A stretch of 64,000 nucleotides of DNA from Raillietiella orientalis (taxonomy: Eukaryota): contig JAYWIR010000002.1 in the NCBI GenBank assembly GCA_036172245.1, positions 3,038,001 to 3,102,000 on the forward strand. The letters are read 5' to 3'. The notes below the pieces were generated by a model. It worked only from the letters and a program-made list of their open reading frames with translations. It searched no databases and had not been told where the DNA came from. Made by a program: the position numbers and the translations under genes. Below, in pieces: positions 1 to 13,649 of this stretch. The first letter of the stretch is position 1; each line of letters starts with the position of its first letter.

Positions 1-2157
1 GTGAAAGAAGCTGCGCGCGATGCGCCGCCAACTCGAAACGGAAAGGAGAGAAAGCTGTTACGCAAAATTTTAGCATGATGGATGGTGTGCCGCATCCTCC
101 TTTGGCATTCCACGGGCAGCGTGTCTTCTTGGACATCCTTCGCGCACAATAGCAACCGATTGGAGGGAAAAGAAAAATCGATTGCGGCTCGAGTAAATAA
201 TTGATCGATCGATCAAGTCTTTGTGCCACACCTTAATTAGGGAAATTGGTGGATAAGCAGTTGCGTCCGGGTTCACGGTGTCCCTTTTCAGACCAGAGAG
301 ATTCCTGCAATTCCCGAGCGCTCTCTCCCCCTCTCCTTATCCCTTTAAGTCCAGACGTTCGTCTCCCGCAGACGGGGAACTTTCGGAAAGCGAACTGTGC
401 CGATCGCCCTCCGACGATGCCCTGCCGGTTCGAAGGCTCGCATCGCACCGCTCACCCACAGCTTCATCCCTCCTTCCTCGATCTCCCAAGAAGATCATCA
501 ATCTTACGTCAGCGCATTATCCTTTCTGAGCTGAACTTAACATCAGGCTTAAACACGCTCGATGAGCTCGTATTTAGCATACAAACGAACCGACGGACAC
601 CGCCAGCGACACGGAGTCCTCCTCTGCTGCAAATGCCCGCGATTAAACGGAAACTCCACGCCACGTCTTCCCGTGGAACTTTTGTCATCTCCGAATTCCT
701 ATCAACTGCATTTATTTATCCTCCACCCTCCTCCCACAGTCGCCACTACTCAGATCCAACATTTGTGTGTTTAAGGTATTTGTTTTTGACAGGGAGATTG
801 GCATTCCGATTTTCTTCTCTCTTTCTCCTTTTTTTTCTTCTTCTTCCTTTTTTTTTTTTTTTTTTTTGCGTTTCCTGATGACTTAACTTCACCCTGGGCT
901 TTTGAAGTTCGATGCGAGAGAGCTTCGCACGCATATTCCAGAGGCAGTATCTCTTGCGCAGAACAGGTGGGAGTAAATTATTTACAAGCAACTTCGGATT
1001 CCCATCATGCTGCTGCTTCCCGTGCCTTCCAAACGTGCACGGGGGAACGGGAGATGTTCCTGCCGTGCTGCAAGAACCACAGGGATTAGGGGATGAATTT
1101 ATCTCTTGCGAATGAACCCGGCGAACCAGAGCCTCCTTTCAAAGGGCGCAATCGATTAAACGATAAAAATGGGCACAACAATGGATGGGGGTGCACCGGA
1201 CAGCCCGTGACCCGGGACCTAATGCGGGAAAATTCCCTGATGGGTCCGCATCCGTCTCCACACAATGCTGCTCTCTTTCGTGATCGTGGGCGAAAAGATG
1301 ATGCTCAAAGATTAATGCTTATGCGAAGAAAAAAATGCAAATAAAAAAAAAAAAAATGCACAACAGGGATATTTTTTTTCCAGATATTAAAGTAGCTGCA
1401 CCTTGAGAATTTTCACGTTCATTTTTCGTTGCCAGATTTGTCATCCCCCCCCCCCACCCCCCATCATTTCACTTACGAAACACCCTTGATTTACGGATAT
1501 GCTAATTCCTCAAGAATTGAAGCGGTATGCGATAAGATAGCACATCTTTTTTTGCAATCGTCTTTTGCGCACGGCGGTGCTGCAATTCGTGTACACGAAA
1601 TGTGCACACACCGAGGTGTTCCACTGACCGCGACTGCCTTCGGCTGCACGTATGCACACGAGGCTTGCAAGCACGGGAGAGGCCGAACACGCGCACACCA
1701 GGTTGCGATGACCGGAGCCCATTTTGTCACAGAACACTTAAAAGAAGTGTTCACCCGGGAACGCGGGAGAAGGCACGTTCGGTAAACAGTGCAGAGCCGG
1801 GAGCGGACGCAATCACGGGATCTATTGATTGGGGGCAAAAGGGGTTCAGGTTGGAGGAGGATTACGGATCCCATTTTTTAATTGCATACGTAACGGAAGA
1901 AAGCACGAAGGGAAGCGAAAGTAATCTGGAAACGATCATCTCATGACACACTGCCTCCATCCTTCCTGCATCGCGCACAGGAATTTACCGGAGCCGACGG
2001 ACTTCATGAGCCGAGGGACACTTTACCGAATGATCTCGGAAAAACGGTCCTGCGGAGAAGAAGAGCCACTCCTCGCCGCGTCGTCACGTGGACGAAGCTA
2101 CGAAGGCACGGAATTTCGGACTTTGTCGCAGAACGGGAGAGGCGTGGGGAGGGGGGC

Positions 2158-2179
2158 AGAGAGAGAGAGAGAGAGAGAG
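2158..2179. repeat. (AG)n microsatellite
   Basis: Directly visible. Confidence 0.9.
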
Positions 2180-4159
2180 GGAGAGACAGAGAAACAGGGG
2201 GAGGGACCCTAGGAAGAATACCTCCTCTTCCAGCCCTTCACTGCTGAAAGGGTATTCGTGAAAAGGAGAATGTGATTGCTGCCCGCATGCTCCAGCTTTC
2301 AAATCAACGTTCGCTGATGCTCAGCCTCCAACGGATTCTTTTCTCATGACAACAAGCGGTATGGTCTAACAAATCAATAGGATTTCATTATCTTGTGTCT
2401 GCTTCCGAGGGCTGGCTCACTCGCTGGATGCCATGGCCCAAATGTCCTGCTGTTCTCTGATTTGATTTTCCAACACGGTGGAGAGTCCCTATCGAAATAG
2501 CGTGTACCATCAACTCCCCTAATAAAGCTCATTCCTTCCCGGAATTAAATTTATAAAGCCCCATAAACAAAAGTGCATTAAACTTCATGGTTTGGGCCAC
2601 TTGACAGCGATTCTAGGGAGCCCCACAAATTCTCGTCTCACCCAGATTTTTGCTTTTTTCCCCTTCCCCTCTCTCTCTCCCTCTCTCTCCCTCTTCCAGT
2701 TTTATCGACGCAAACAATTCCTTCCGTTTCCCTTTTCGTCGGGTGATGAGCGCCCCGAAACATCCGCGAGTAGTTTCTCATCCGTCGGTCCGGAGAAGAG
2801 GAGATCGTGGCACGCAACTCCTCTTCCTTCCCGGATGCGCGCCCGGCAAGCATCCACGTCCCTTGGAGTTCCCCGCAAATCTCGCCGTCTCCGTGCCCCT
2901 CGGACGCTTCGCCCCGAGCACGTCCGGGACCGAACGACCCCTCCCTCCCTCCTCCTCCTCTTCCTTCCCAACCGCTCACGCCTTGCCGTTTTCGCAGGCA
3001 CCGAACCAGATTCTGGATCCTGCACCCCTAGGACCTCCTTTTCGACGCTCCCGGACGGCAAACTCCTCGCGTGCACGCAGGGCGGGTCGCACGCGAAACG
3101 CCGTGCCCAAATGCTTCCCGGGGACGGCAGCAGAGTACTACTGCCGTGACCTGCAGTACTTTCCGCATCTCCATAGCGACCTGAAACGCTCTACTACGGG
3201 AAAAAATACAAGAAACAACAACAAAAAGCAAAACCGCTCGGAGTAATCAGGCTTTCAGAGCATGTGTTACGCAGGAAGATAATGATCATGGCGTTGCGCT
3301 CCAAGAAAGACTTTCCCCTATTCATCCCATGATGAAGGGCGAGCTTTTGTGTTGTGACAGAGGAAACTTCAAGGAAAAGAGGCCTCGCGCTGAATGCGCT
3401 AGGGAGGAAGATTTTTATTTATGTATCGTTTTTCACGAGGGGGAGGGGAGGGGGGCAACGGAGCGTCTGGATGATCCCCGTTGCGAAAGGCGGCGTCCTC
3501 GCAAAGAACGGCATACCTCCACAGCGCACTCTCTTCCCGGAGATCCCCCGCTCCGCGGCCACACGATCAACCGCGTCACCCGCAGAAAAAAGGAAGGGGG
3601 AAGAAAAGGAAGGGGGCCGCCTCTTCCTCGGAGGGTGACCGCCGGCTTCTTCCCTCGTGCTCGCCTGAGCCCCGAGGACAGATGTGCACCAAAGGAGGAG
3701 GAAGGCAGGGAAAGAATGCAGACTGAGACGCGCGGGACGTCGCGGCTGAAGGAGTGCTGGAAGGGGATGGCGACGGCGGCGGAAAGAAGCGGCAGTAACG
3801 ACCTTCGACTCGTTGCGCCTCCTGGCGAGACCGAGTCTTTCGGGAGGAGACCGATGGTCGCGCGCACGCGCACTGGCGGGCAGCGGAAGGAAGTCTCTCT
3901 CCACCTGCCCCCAATCCCTCGATCGATGGGGGAGCGGAAAAGCATGGAGCAGCGGCACCAGCAGCCGCGTCGTTCCCGTCGCAGGCTTCCCTCGCATCCG
4001 GAACAACCGGTGAGCTCCCACGGGCTCGAGGGCGAAGGCAACCGCGCTCGCCCATTGCCGCCGAACGCTTTTCGTTGCCAGCGTGCAGTCGGAAGGGAGG
4101 GAGGGACGCGCGCGAGCCTCTCTCCCTGGCAGGGAGGGCAAAGAAACAGAAAAGATCAC

Positions 4160-4361
4160 CTGCGTAGTTGTTGAGCAGGGAGGCGGCCGTCGGGTTCCTT
4201 TCCGGGTACTCCTCCCTGTAACCCGGGATGGAGGAAGACGTGGCGGGAGGCTCTTCGTCGCTGGAGCTGTACTTTCTCTGCCGCCACTCCTGGCTGCGCT
4301 GGCGCTTCACGCGGGCAGCGGCTGCGGACCGCTGCCTCTTGCCACTGGGATGCTGCTCCAT
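4160..4361 (-). CDS. Putative first coding exon of an unidentified minus-strand gene that continues toward or past the window start
   Basis: Strong acceptor (ttttttccttcgcag) before 4427, in-frame stop just upstream of ATG 4361, GC-biased third positions (MEQHPSGKRQRSAAAARVKRQRSQEWRQRKYSSSDEEPP...LLNNYA), donor G|gtgatc at 4160. A phase-compatible acceptor (tttcag|GT) lies at 3180. No family recognised. Confidence 0.35.
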
Positions 4362-7300
4362 CAGGCTTCAGCAGCGCTCGGTCGGGGCGGAAGCCGCGGA
4401 CGGCTGCTCATGGGCGCCGAGCGAGAGCTGCGAAGGAAAAAAAATTACGATGGGAAGCGTGACGATGCATGGGAGGGAAGGGAAACAAGGTGGTGATGGT
4501 GGGGGGGGGAGGGGGGTGCCCTGCAGAGGACAAGCAGTTATAGGGGAGTCAGTTCTCCGTTCCCCTCTCCCGCTGCACCCCTGCTGAAGAGCGCAGTGCG
4601 GGAACCCACAAGGGGACCGGCATGAAGCCATCCTTTGGAGTGGACTCCTGCCTTGGAGACCACCTCGTTGGAAGGTGCCTGACTCCACCGCCCGCCGAGA
4701 AGCCCGGGGCAGACACCCTTCCCCGAGCGGATGCAGGCGAACGCTTCTGACGAAAGGACAGGGAAAGGAAGGAGATGGGACCCGCTCGCTCCCGAATCTT
4801 TTCTTAAGGAGGCGGCAGCAACAGGTGGTTAACGCAGCTCCAGTGTCGGACAGCAGCGTCGGTTGAGGAGGCGCGCGACCTGGAGGAGGGGGTAGGTCCA
4901 AATGCGGGCTTCCTTCGGAGGAGAGCTCACCTCCCCAGGGATCACTTTGGCCTGGCCGTCACGAGGGGCTGCGTTTCCCTTCCTACAGGTAGCCCTCCCT
5001 TCACCTCGGAAGAAGAAAGGGAAAATTCCCGGGGCCACTGCGAGCATGCTCCCAGGAGTCCCCTCTCTCAGTCTGGGAGGTCAGGGGCCCATGAGACTGG
5101 AGCAGTCCAAGATGCCCGAGGGACGCGCCCCGAGAGATGCCTCGCGACGCCGCGACGGGAACGGCCGCTCTCTGCTCGGCTTGTTGCCGCTCCAACAGGC
5201 GATCCCGATCGATCCCTACTCGCTCGTTTCCTCTTTCCCGGATGACGGAGGGGTAGGACAGGGGGGAGGGGGCTGAAAGCACGCGGTGCGATCACCCGAG
5301 CTCTCTTGCAGTGCCGATGGAAGCGCAGACTGCGGCAGGATGAGGGAAAAAAGGGAAAGGGGGTGGTGGTCGGCCAATCGGTCAGCGTGGGAGATGGGAA
5401 GAGGGGGCTCGGAATAGTTGGGCACCGCCAGCTCCTGCGGTGGCAAAGGGTAGGGAGAAGAGTTGAGCGTGCGCGCGGGACACGGTCGGAGTAGACTCGA
5501 GGGACTCTGCGTCTCGCGACAGCGCACGTGGACCAGTCTCCCCTCTTTTTTTATTTTTATTTTTCAAACCTGCGGACCCGCTTCCGGTGGTATTTTTGGA
5601 GGGAGCGGTAGGTACGAAGAAGCTGAGCGATTGGGACTCTGTCCTCCCCTCCTCCTATCCCTCCCTCCTGCACGCGTCTCCGTACCGGTGTTTTGTCTTC
5701 CGCACACCCGGAATGTGTCGCGGGTGGGGAAAGAGTCACTGGCTGCTGTCCTCACCAGAGTCCCTCGATAAAGGCACTGAACTTCTATAGGAAGAAGAGC
5801 GACCCCGCCTCAAACCCTGGGAAGGCCAGGAAAGAGGACCGGAAAGGTAGCTCGAGTCCCTGCGAGGAGCGGCCGAAGAGCAGCAGCACCCTGGAGGAAA
5901 GATCACCACGGAGGAGCCGACTGTTTCGTGAATCATCCGGAGCTCGGAAGGAGCCGGCACCGGCGGCAGCAGCAGCGTCCACATTACCATCATCTCCGTC
6001 CCATGCCCAAGCGCTAACGGGATGAACCCCCTCACGAGGAAACGCAAAGCACCCTCTTCGCGCCGGGAAACGGGAAACCGGGGCAGCAGACTGCAGAATC
6101 CTCTACGTCGTGCTGAAGAGCGGATACAAGACAGATGAGGAGGACCAGGATTCTCCCTTCCGCATACTCCTCCTCCCACTTGCCCCACCCGAACTCTCCC
6201 TTCACCACTTCCTCCCCCACGTGGGGCGCTCAGGATGCGCGGACATATCACACGTATGCACCTCCGGAAGAAAAGACAAAAAAGGAAGTTTCTCCGGGCA
6301 CTCTCCCCCCTCCCTTTTCCATTCCAGAAACGGCACTTCCGGCATCCTTCTCTCCACCATCATGCCGCGTGCCCGGTCGAGAAGGGAAAGGCGCGCAGGG
6401 AGACCGGACGGGCGGCACCGGAAGCCGGAAGGCGCGCGCGGTAGAACGCTAAGCGCAGCGCCGCCGCACCTCTCGAAGGCTAGCGACAAATTCCCTCTAT
6501 CCCCTTTGCACGCACGCGCAGCATCCACTCTTCTGAAAAAGGGGCGCTGCCCTCGGTATTTCCTTAAGGGGGCAGCGAGCAACCCATCGTTTCTGAAGGC
6601 GGGCAGCCGCAGGTTCCTCCAAGACAGCGAGACGCAGTCACCGCTCGCTCGCCCGAGGCTCGGGAGTTTTGCGGCTGAACCGTACTCGCAAGCGCACGCG
6701 GAAAGCCGCTCTGGAGAACGTGGGGTGTAGGGAGGAGCAAGGGAACACGGGGAAAGCGCTGGAGCAACTTCCATGCCTTCCGCAGGCGGAGGGAGGTCGG
6801 CTCTGCGCTGGGATAGAGCACCGAGCGCAAATGGACGAACGTATGCCCGCAGGGAGAGAGATAAGTTGCCGGGAACGTACCTTCCTGTGCTTTGCTTCCC
6901 GGCGGGGCCAGAATCAGGCACGGGGCACGCCACAGCAAAAAGTCCTGTCTTCTGTGGGAGACCGCGCAGCAACGCGCAGCAACAGCAGCGGCAGGGCCTC
7001 GCGCGTCGACACCATCATCTCCCTCACCCGACATACACAGTCAGCGGAGCGCCAGGCGCAACTGACAGAGGCAGCCACTCGTCGCCGCAGTCTCCGAGCG
7101 CGCGCTGGCCGCCGCTGAGCTGCGCATGCGCGAGTTCGGTCGCCGCTGCTGCACTCTTCACCCCGACGATTCGATTTTGCCCCTTCGCGCCGACGACGCG
7201 CGCACCGGATATCCCTCAAAAGGGAGCTTTCCCTCTTAGCGACCAGCATCCCGCCGACGTGCTAATGGGACCCGGGATCGCGAGCGGAGGGGGCTTTTCG

Positions 7301-10300
7301 AGAGGGGAGGAGGAAGACGCCTCCTACGCGAAAACCGGAAGAGGAAGAGGCAGTGCTGGGATGCCGCCCGTCTTCCTGGCCATACAGCATTCATTCCAAG
7401 ACGCTGCGCACACGCAGCCGAGGGACAACCAGAAGCGAGTAGGCCGGGCCCATACTCCGCAGGAGGTCCTTCTAACAGGTTTCTCCTGGGCACCTCGTGC
7501 TCCGAGCGCCTACTCCAGCGGTGAGGTGGAAGGAGAAAGGGTAGGAGTCCCCATAGGTTCCCGTCTCCGCAGTCTCCTTCGGAAGATGCAGTCTCTGCAG
7601 AACTGATCGGCGACAGCGACCGGCAGAGCCGTTCGCAATCTCCCGCGGAGGGACCAGCCGGCGGACCACCGGGAGCGTGCTCGAGAGTACCCCTCAGCGG
7701 GTCTTCCAGGGCCCATCGACTCTAGGGATCGCCTTTCAGATCCCGGAAAATTACTGCAGGGGCCTCTCTCGACCGAGTAGGGACGGAAGGAAAAGGGACA
7801 GGCAGAATGGTTCCTCTCCTGGAGGGAGAAGTCTCGCTCTCGTACCAGAACTCCTTCCGCTTGGAACGGGGGGCGGGCGCCAGGACAAGGCATAGACCCC
7901 TCCACCCCATCGCTCCCTCTCGGGATAACGAGTACGCCTTCATGAACTTATCCTGCGAGCCATGCCGAGAGGCGCACAGGTGCCCCCTCCGTCGACGAGA
8001 GCGCCTCTACCGTGCAGCGGAGGCGGCTATCTATGCGAAGTGTCAGATGTCTGCCTCTCGCGCTCCATCCAGTTCGCCCCACCCGGTTTGCCGTCCCCCG
8101 TCGAGAGGCACTCCCTCTCCCCCTTTCCCCTCCACCTCCCACGCGAAATTTGTCCTCCAGGCGCGCGCGCGAAACACCCGAAATCTACTGGAAAGAAGAA
8201 ATCGATTTTCTTTCGACCAATGAAATCCTCTGGCACGCCAGAGCTGCCGCCATCCCTCCTCCAGCGGAGCAGGGAGGGTGCGGCGCTCCCATCGGGGCCT
8301 GAGAATCGTCAGCAAGTGCACCCTCCAGTCCCCTCCCCTCTGCTTTCCTTCCCTCTTTTTTTTTTCTTTTCCTCTTTTTTCGTCTTCTTCCTGGCGAGAA
8401 GGGACGAGGAGGGGAAGAGGGCGTGCCGCACTGCTGCCTGACCCACTGGAATCACGAAAGCTGCGGAGGCGTTGCGCGCGCACGCTGGTACCACGGGAGG
8501 AGCTCCGGAGCTGGCAGATGACGGCAGCGACGATGAGCGCCCCTCGAGCCTCGGTTCCTCCTCATGAGACAACCCCCAAGGCCCGCCGGTCCGGAGGACT
8601 GTCGACTCTCGGCTGTAACAGCCTCCGCCCATCACTTTTCCCACGGACTGCTACCACGCCCTTCCCCGCTTGTGCGCTAGAATTAGAGCGATTGGCCCCG
8701 TTGTCTAGGAGACCCCTCCAGGAACTCCGGCTCCGAGTTTCCCCAAAGAATCTCTGGGACCGGTCCTCTTCTGTCCTGCCTCAGTGAGGGAAACTTCCTA
8801 AGAGAGAAGACAGCAAGAACTTGGAAAGAAGCAGAGATAGGTGGGAGAACTCTCCCCGTCTCCCAATCCGCTCCCAGGACTCCAGGGACGAAAAGTTCGA
8901 GGACGGGGAGATCCGCTGGAAGGATGGGGAGTACACTAACGTGATGAACCTACCTGGTGGCTCGCCCGAAAGCACACACCCCTGCTCCGTGTTTCCCCTT
9001 CCCGTCCTCCGGAGGCAACCGACCTTCCCGGAGTCTCCTGCGCGTGGGTGCCGCCGTCCGTGAGGTTTCGAGGAGCCGCCGCTGGGAAGTGCGCGCGCGC
9101 ACTCCTCTACGTCACCTCTGACGCCGAGTGACTCTCCCGTGGCTCAGCAGTGGCGTTGTCTCGGCTTTGGACCTGAGGACACCCTCGCTTTTTCCCTCCC
9201 TTCCCCCTCCCGGAGCGAGGGATTACTTGGTCGTGCTTCCTCCTATCCGTGGTCGTGGATCTCAGAACGCGGAGCGAGGGACGAGAGGGCATGCTTGCTG
9301 CTCCCGGGAAGGAGGCGTTTCAGGTGGAGGAGCGTCAGCGTCCTGGAGAAACCCGGAGACAGAGAAGGCGCCGGGGATGCCGGCGACGGAGAAACATGAG
9401 GTCTGCTCCAGGGAAGGTGTGCGGCTCTGGAGAAGGGAAGGAAGGCCGTCACCATTGGTACCGTAGCTGGCTAGAGAGGCTCTGGAGAGCACCGAGATCT
9501 CCCTCTCAGGCTTATCGGACAGACAGACGGAGAAACGACGTAAGGGAAGGCGCAGTGCGGATGCATGTCTTCCCGTTCCTTACGCCTTTTTCTTCCAAGG
9601 GAAAAAAAGGGGGGCATCCCTGCTTCAGGAGAGGTAGACAATTCCCCTCCCCGCTTCCCCTTCCCGAGAGATGCGTTACGACGCGACATGACCCAGGAGC
9701 TGAACCGAAAAAGGTGCGCAAGAAACTCTGGTAAATCTTCCCGCTTCAAGAGTACACGCGGAAGCAGCCACCATGACGGGAGCAGTTTCCCTAGGTAACC
9801 CCGCAATACAACTTTATCAGCTGCAGAGGGGAGCGAAACGGGAACAGGAAGGGGGAGGGGGAAAGAAGGCAGGGAGCGAAACGAGGGAGAAGGGAAAGGA
9901 ATCACCTCGACGCCTCAGCGCTTGCTGGGGTACGGGAGGAGCAAACTCGCTGCGATACGGTGGTTTCTCGAGACGCAGGGCAACGCGTCCGCGAGAGAGG
10001 CTACGCGTGAGGATTGCAATCGAACAACGGTTGCTAGATTGCATTGTCCTCAAGCCTTTGCCTATCCCGTGTTGCGTTTACCAAGTTTGGTAGTACCAGG
10101 AAGGATGTGGTGAACCTCAACCGGATGATGAATTCCTCTCAGCAGGACTGCTGAGCAAGCCACTGCGTAACGGTGAAATCGAATCATCGCCTGGCAAGTG
10201 GAGGAAGGGAGGGGGGGAGCATTCTGCGTGCATTGAGCTGTCGACTCCCCATGTGTCTGCTCACAGCCTTCTGGGACGGCACTCAGTGGTCAACTGATAC

Positions 10301-10989
10301 CCGCCCTCCCTTTCGCACTGGCTTGAGGGGAGAACGTGCTCCACCTTGTGCCTCCTTCGCATTTTCCTTCTCTCCGACAAATGGCCAGAGACCCATTTGC
10401 TGGGTCTTGCACCTCACATCCTTCATGCATACGCTTCACCCCTCTTTCTCTATTAGTGGTTGTGAAAAGACATTTCCGATCCTCGTCGAATGCACCCAAG
10501 AGTGAAAGAAATCCAGACTGTTGCTTAGCAGCTCTCGCATTTAGATGCCCGCTCTCTATCGTGTCACGAGAAAATGTCTGCCCTAAATCCAAAGCGGGCT
10601 TCCCCATACTTAGGGTTGCGCCCTCTCCTTCTTGTGCCGAAAGATCATCGAGGTAAATCCATAGTGGCGCGCGTGGTTGATGCATGTCCGATCTACAAAG
10701 GAAATTCCAGAACAGCAGCGAAGATGTTCCCCTGGATGAAGAGTGTGGTTGTTCCCAGGATTGCCGGAAGCAATGGAAATGGCCCATTGCGACTTGGATG
10801 GACGGTCCCAAGAGGGAGTGGTTTTGCGGCGAGTCCGAGAAACTGACGAATTCTGCTCGTGCAGAGGTCATCCGTAAGGAAGTTCGTACAAGTGGGAGGT
10901 CGCCGGCTTCTGAGTTTCACCGGCGCCAAGTAGCTGAGGAAAGGCCGCTTTCCGAAATCACGGGTGATGACGGTTCGAGAGCAGGATGA

Positions 10990-11630
10990 CGTCACTCGTC
11001 CGAGTGTTCCCGATCTCTGCAGTAGCGTGTACTCTTGAAGAATTGAACCATAGAAAATCAACCCGTTATATTTGGGCGAATGCCAGCTTTCCTTCTCTCT
11101 TGTTTTTCTCTCCGAGGAGGATGGGCTGCAACAGCGATCAGAGTAACACCGTGGCTCCTTCCCGCATTTGTGATCCAGCAACCAGGAGTTCATACGTTCC
11201 ATGGACGGTCCCTTGTTCCCTTTTGAGGGGAAGCCCTCACGAAACTCCAAGTCTCTTGAGCTCCTTCCATCTCCAGGGTCGATTGCTCCGTCAGGTGCAT
11301 CATCACGCACTCACCGCTTTGAGGTTCCGACTTCCACGGCAGCTGTCCCGCTGTCCTTAGCAACCAGCATTTTCCTCCATGGGATCCGCCGGACATCACG
11401 TCGCGACCCAACATTCGGTTCAGCCTCAGTGCTAGTCCTCTTACCACAACTGACCCCCACGGATCAGACAGTCCGTGCTTCAGCGTTCAGGCAAACGGGA
11501 ATCATCACCCATTCGAAGTTCGAGAGTAGGCTGAGGTTATTTCGGTCCCAGGATACCTCTAACCGCTCCCTCTATACCAGGATGAATTTCGTTTTTCCCT
11601 TCCGCTTTGACGAGTGCCGGCTATGCTAAG
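10990..11630 (+). mobile_element. Decayed LINE ORF2 C-terminal fragment
   Basis: LEELN....RYIW (FIW-like) and SNRSLY...F.FR.DE. 11370-11620 aligns with 14380-14650. Confidence 0.45.
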
Positions 11631-13649
11631 GGAAGCTTCGGAAGGAACCAGCAGCCGTTAGATGATGATTGGATTCGTTCTTCGCCTCCATGCCCAGACT
11701 CTTACGACTCGCTCGCACGTCGGTAACGCCGAGAGGTTCGACCGGAGTCACACTGCCTCTGGGTTCTTCGTCCCGGCCAGGCGCAGTCCCAGCGCTCGTG
11801 TTGTTGCTCCTTCGGGACTGATGTCGTGCGCGCGCGAGCACACGCGCAGCGAACATTCTTGCCGGGCAAGCGAGCGGACCAAGGACATGGCGGCAATCGG
11901 AATTTCTCGTCGGCGTCTCGGTACCACCTCCATCCGAGGGGAGAGGGAGAACCGTCCCGTTTTATGGGAGTCGTGGAGAGCTCCCGCCTTCCTCTTCTCC
12001 GGCCGACAACAGCAGCTCCGCACAGCGAATAGCCATAAAGTTTTCGGTTTATCGTTCGGTGGGAGAACGGTCCGCTGCCTGCCCGCCACATGCTCGGCGA
12101 GATCGCAGCAGGCCTTATCGTTCCTCAGTGGATGTACCGGTGACAGACGTTCATCAGCAAGTGCTGACCTCTGCGGGCTTTTATTGCTTTTAACTAATGA
12201 AAACAGTCTCTCACGCACGTGCACGCCATCAAGCGCGCGCCTATTACCCCGGCAGCGTTTCCAGGAAACGGTCTGGCGAGCGGGGGACGAAATCCTGGAA
12301 CAGCCTCTAACCTGATCAAAGTTTGCTCTGCCACCACGAGGCACTCCGGCAAACTTCTTCCGGAAGTCGCGGGCTGTTTTCCGATACAATCGAAAAAGAA
12401 CAGGGAATAGGGAGGAGGGGAAGCGATTTGACAAAGGGAGCTCCTCTTCTTTATTCAGGCTGGCTGACTGAAGTCCGGAGACCTCCTCTCCGGTTCGCCT
12501 TTCGGTGCTCCAGTTTTCCATGCGAGGTTTTCTTCTCCTCCGGAACCGAACCTGAAAGAGAATTCGGGGGAACAGCAGAGGGGAGCTCCCGTTTTCAATC
12601 GACTCGCCCTGAGGCATCTCATTCCACTTCAAAAGACGCCCCCTACCGTTCGTTTCTTGACTCCCGCTTGACTTCTACCCCAAGGCCCCCATTCAGTTGG
12701 CTTCGTGGTTCGTCCTGTTGAAGGGGGACGCCTCGAATCCAGGGGTCGCTGGTTGATGCAGCGGTGATAACTTTTTTTCTTCATTTCCTCCCTGCCCGCT
12801 TCTCCCTTCCCCTCCCCACACACACACCCATCCACCCACACACGCGCGAGCGCGCGCGTTCGCATAGAGGACAAATTCCTTTCGGCACATGGCGACAAGA
12901 ACGAAAAACCGTGCAGCTCTCGATCGCTGCAAGGGGGAGCAATTCGGGAGCTTGCGCCATCTCCTTCGGGTTCCTCCCGACGAGGAAGGAGGCTCGGCGA
13001 CGGTGAATCGGGATTACGCGCGCCGAGGTTCCCAGTCTCCGCGGCGGCGGAGGCACCTGGCGGGTCGCGGGAGAACGAAAAGCCTCGCCTGCAAGTGCCA
13101 AGTGCTCCTGCCCGCCTTCCCTCGTTCGCTCGCGCTCCGGCGTCCTCTGGAGGCATTTCGTGCACGGTGGCGGCGGCTTAGCGCGGTTGTCAAAGTCGCC
13201 AGGTGACCAAGGATAACGCCGTCCCCAATAGGAGAGTCCATCACGGGGTGTATGCGTTTCCCTGCGACCGAAATTGCTGATGTGTCCTTGAAGCTTTCGC
13301 TGCATTGCATTTGAAGAGCTCGCCGGGGATGCAGACCTCCACATCAGATCGTCACGGCAGCTATCATGTACGATTCGTTCCGCCCCCTCCCTCCCACCCC
13401 ACGAGTCCCCTTGCGTTCCTCCCTCTCGGTCTCCAGTTTCGCACACGGAGGAAGAAAGGGGCCGGGTCAGCGATATCGCAAGAATCATCCCCTTTCTCTC
13501 TTCCCTATTCCTCCTCTGGTGCCCGCGGAAGAACACAGAGGGGGTGCCACCTCCAACACTGGACCGACCTCGGGGCGTTCCTGCGGTCTCGTTTAGCAGG
13601 TCGTCTCCTTTTTGTCCCCGGCCAGTCTTCATCGCCCCGAACGCAGGAA

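Noticed and set aside
7500..7950. Possible RT motifs (DLxKA-like on minus, RP..I-like on plus)
   Set aside because: Opposite strands and dependent on assumed frameshifts; not distinguishable from chance.
10644..10655. IYLDDL on the minus strand as a gypsy-type RT active site
   Set aside because: Flanking RT motifs are absent or wrongly spaced; no LTRs or integrase seen.
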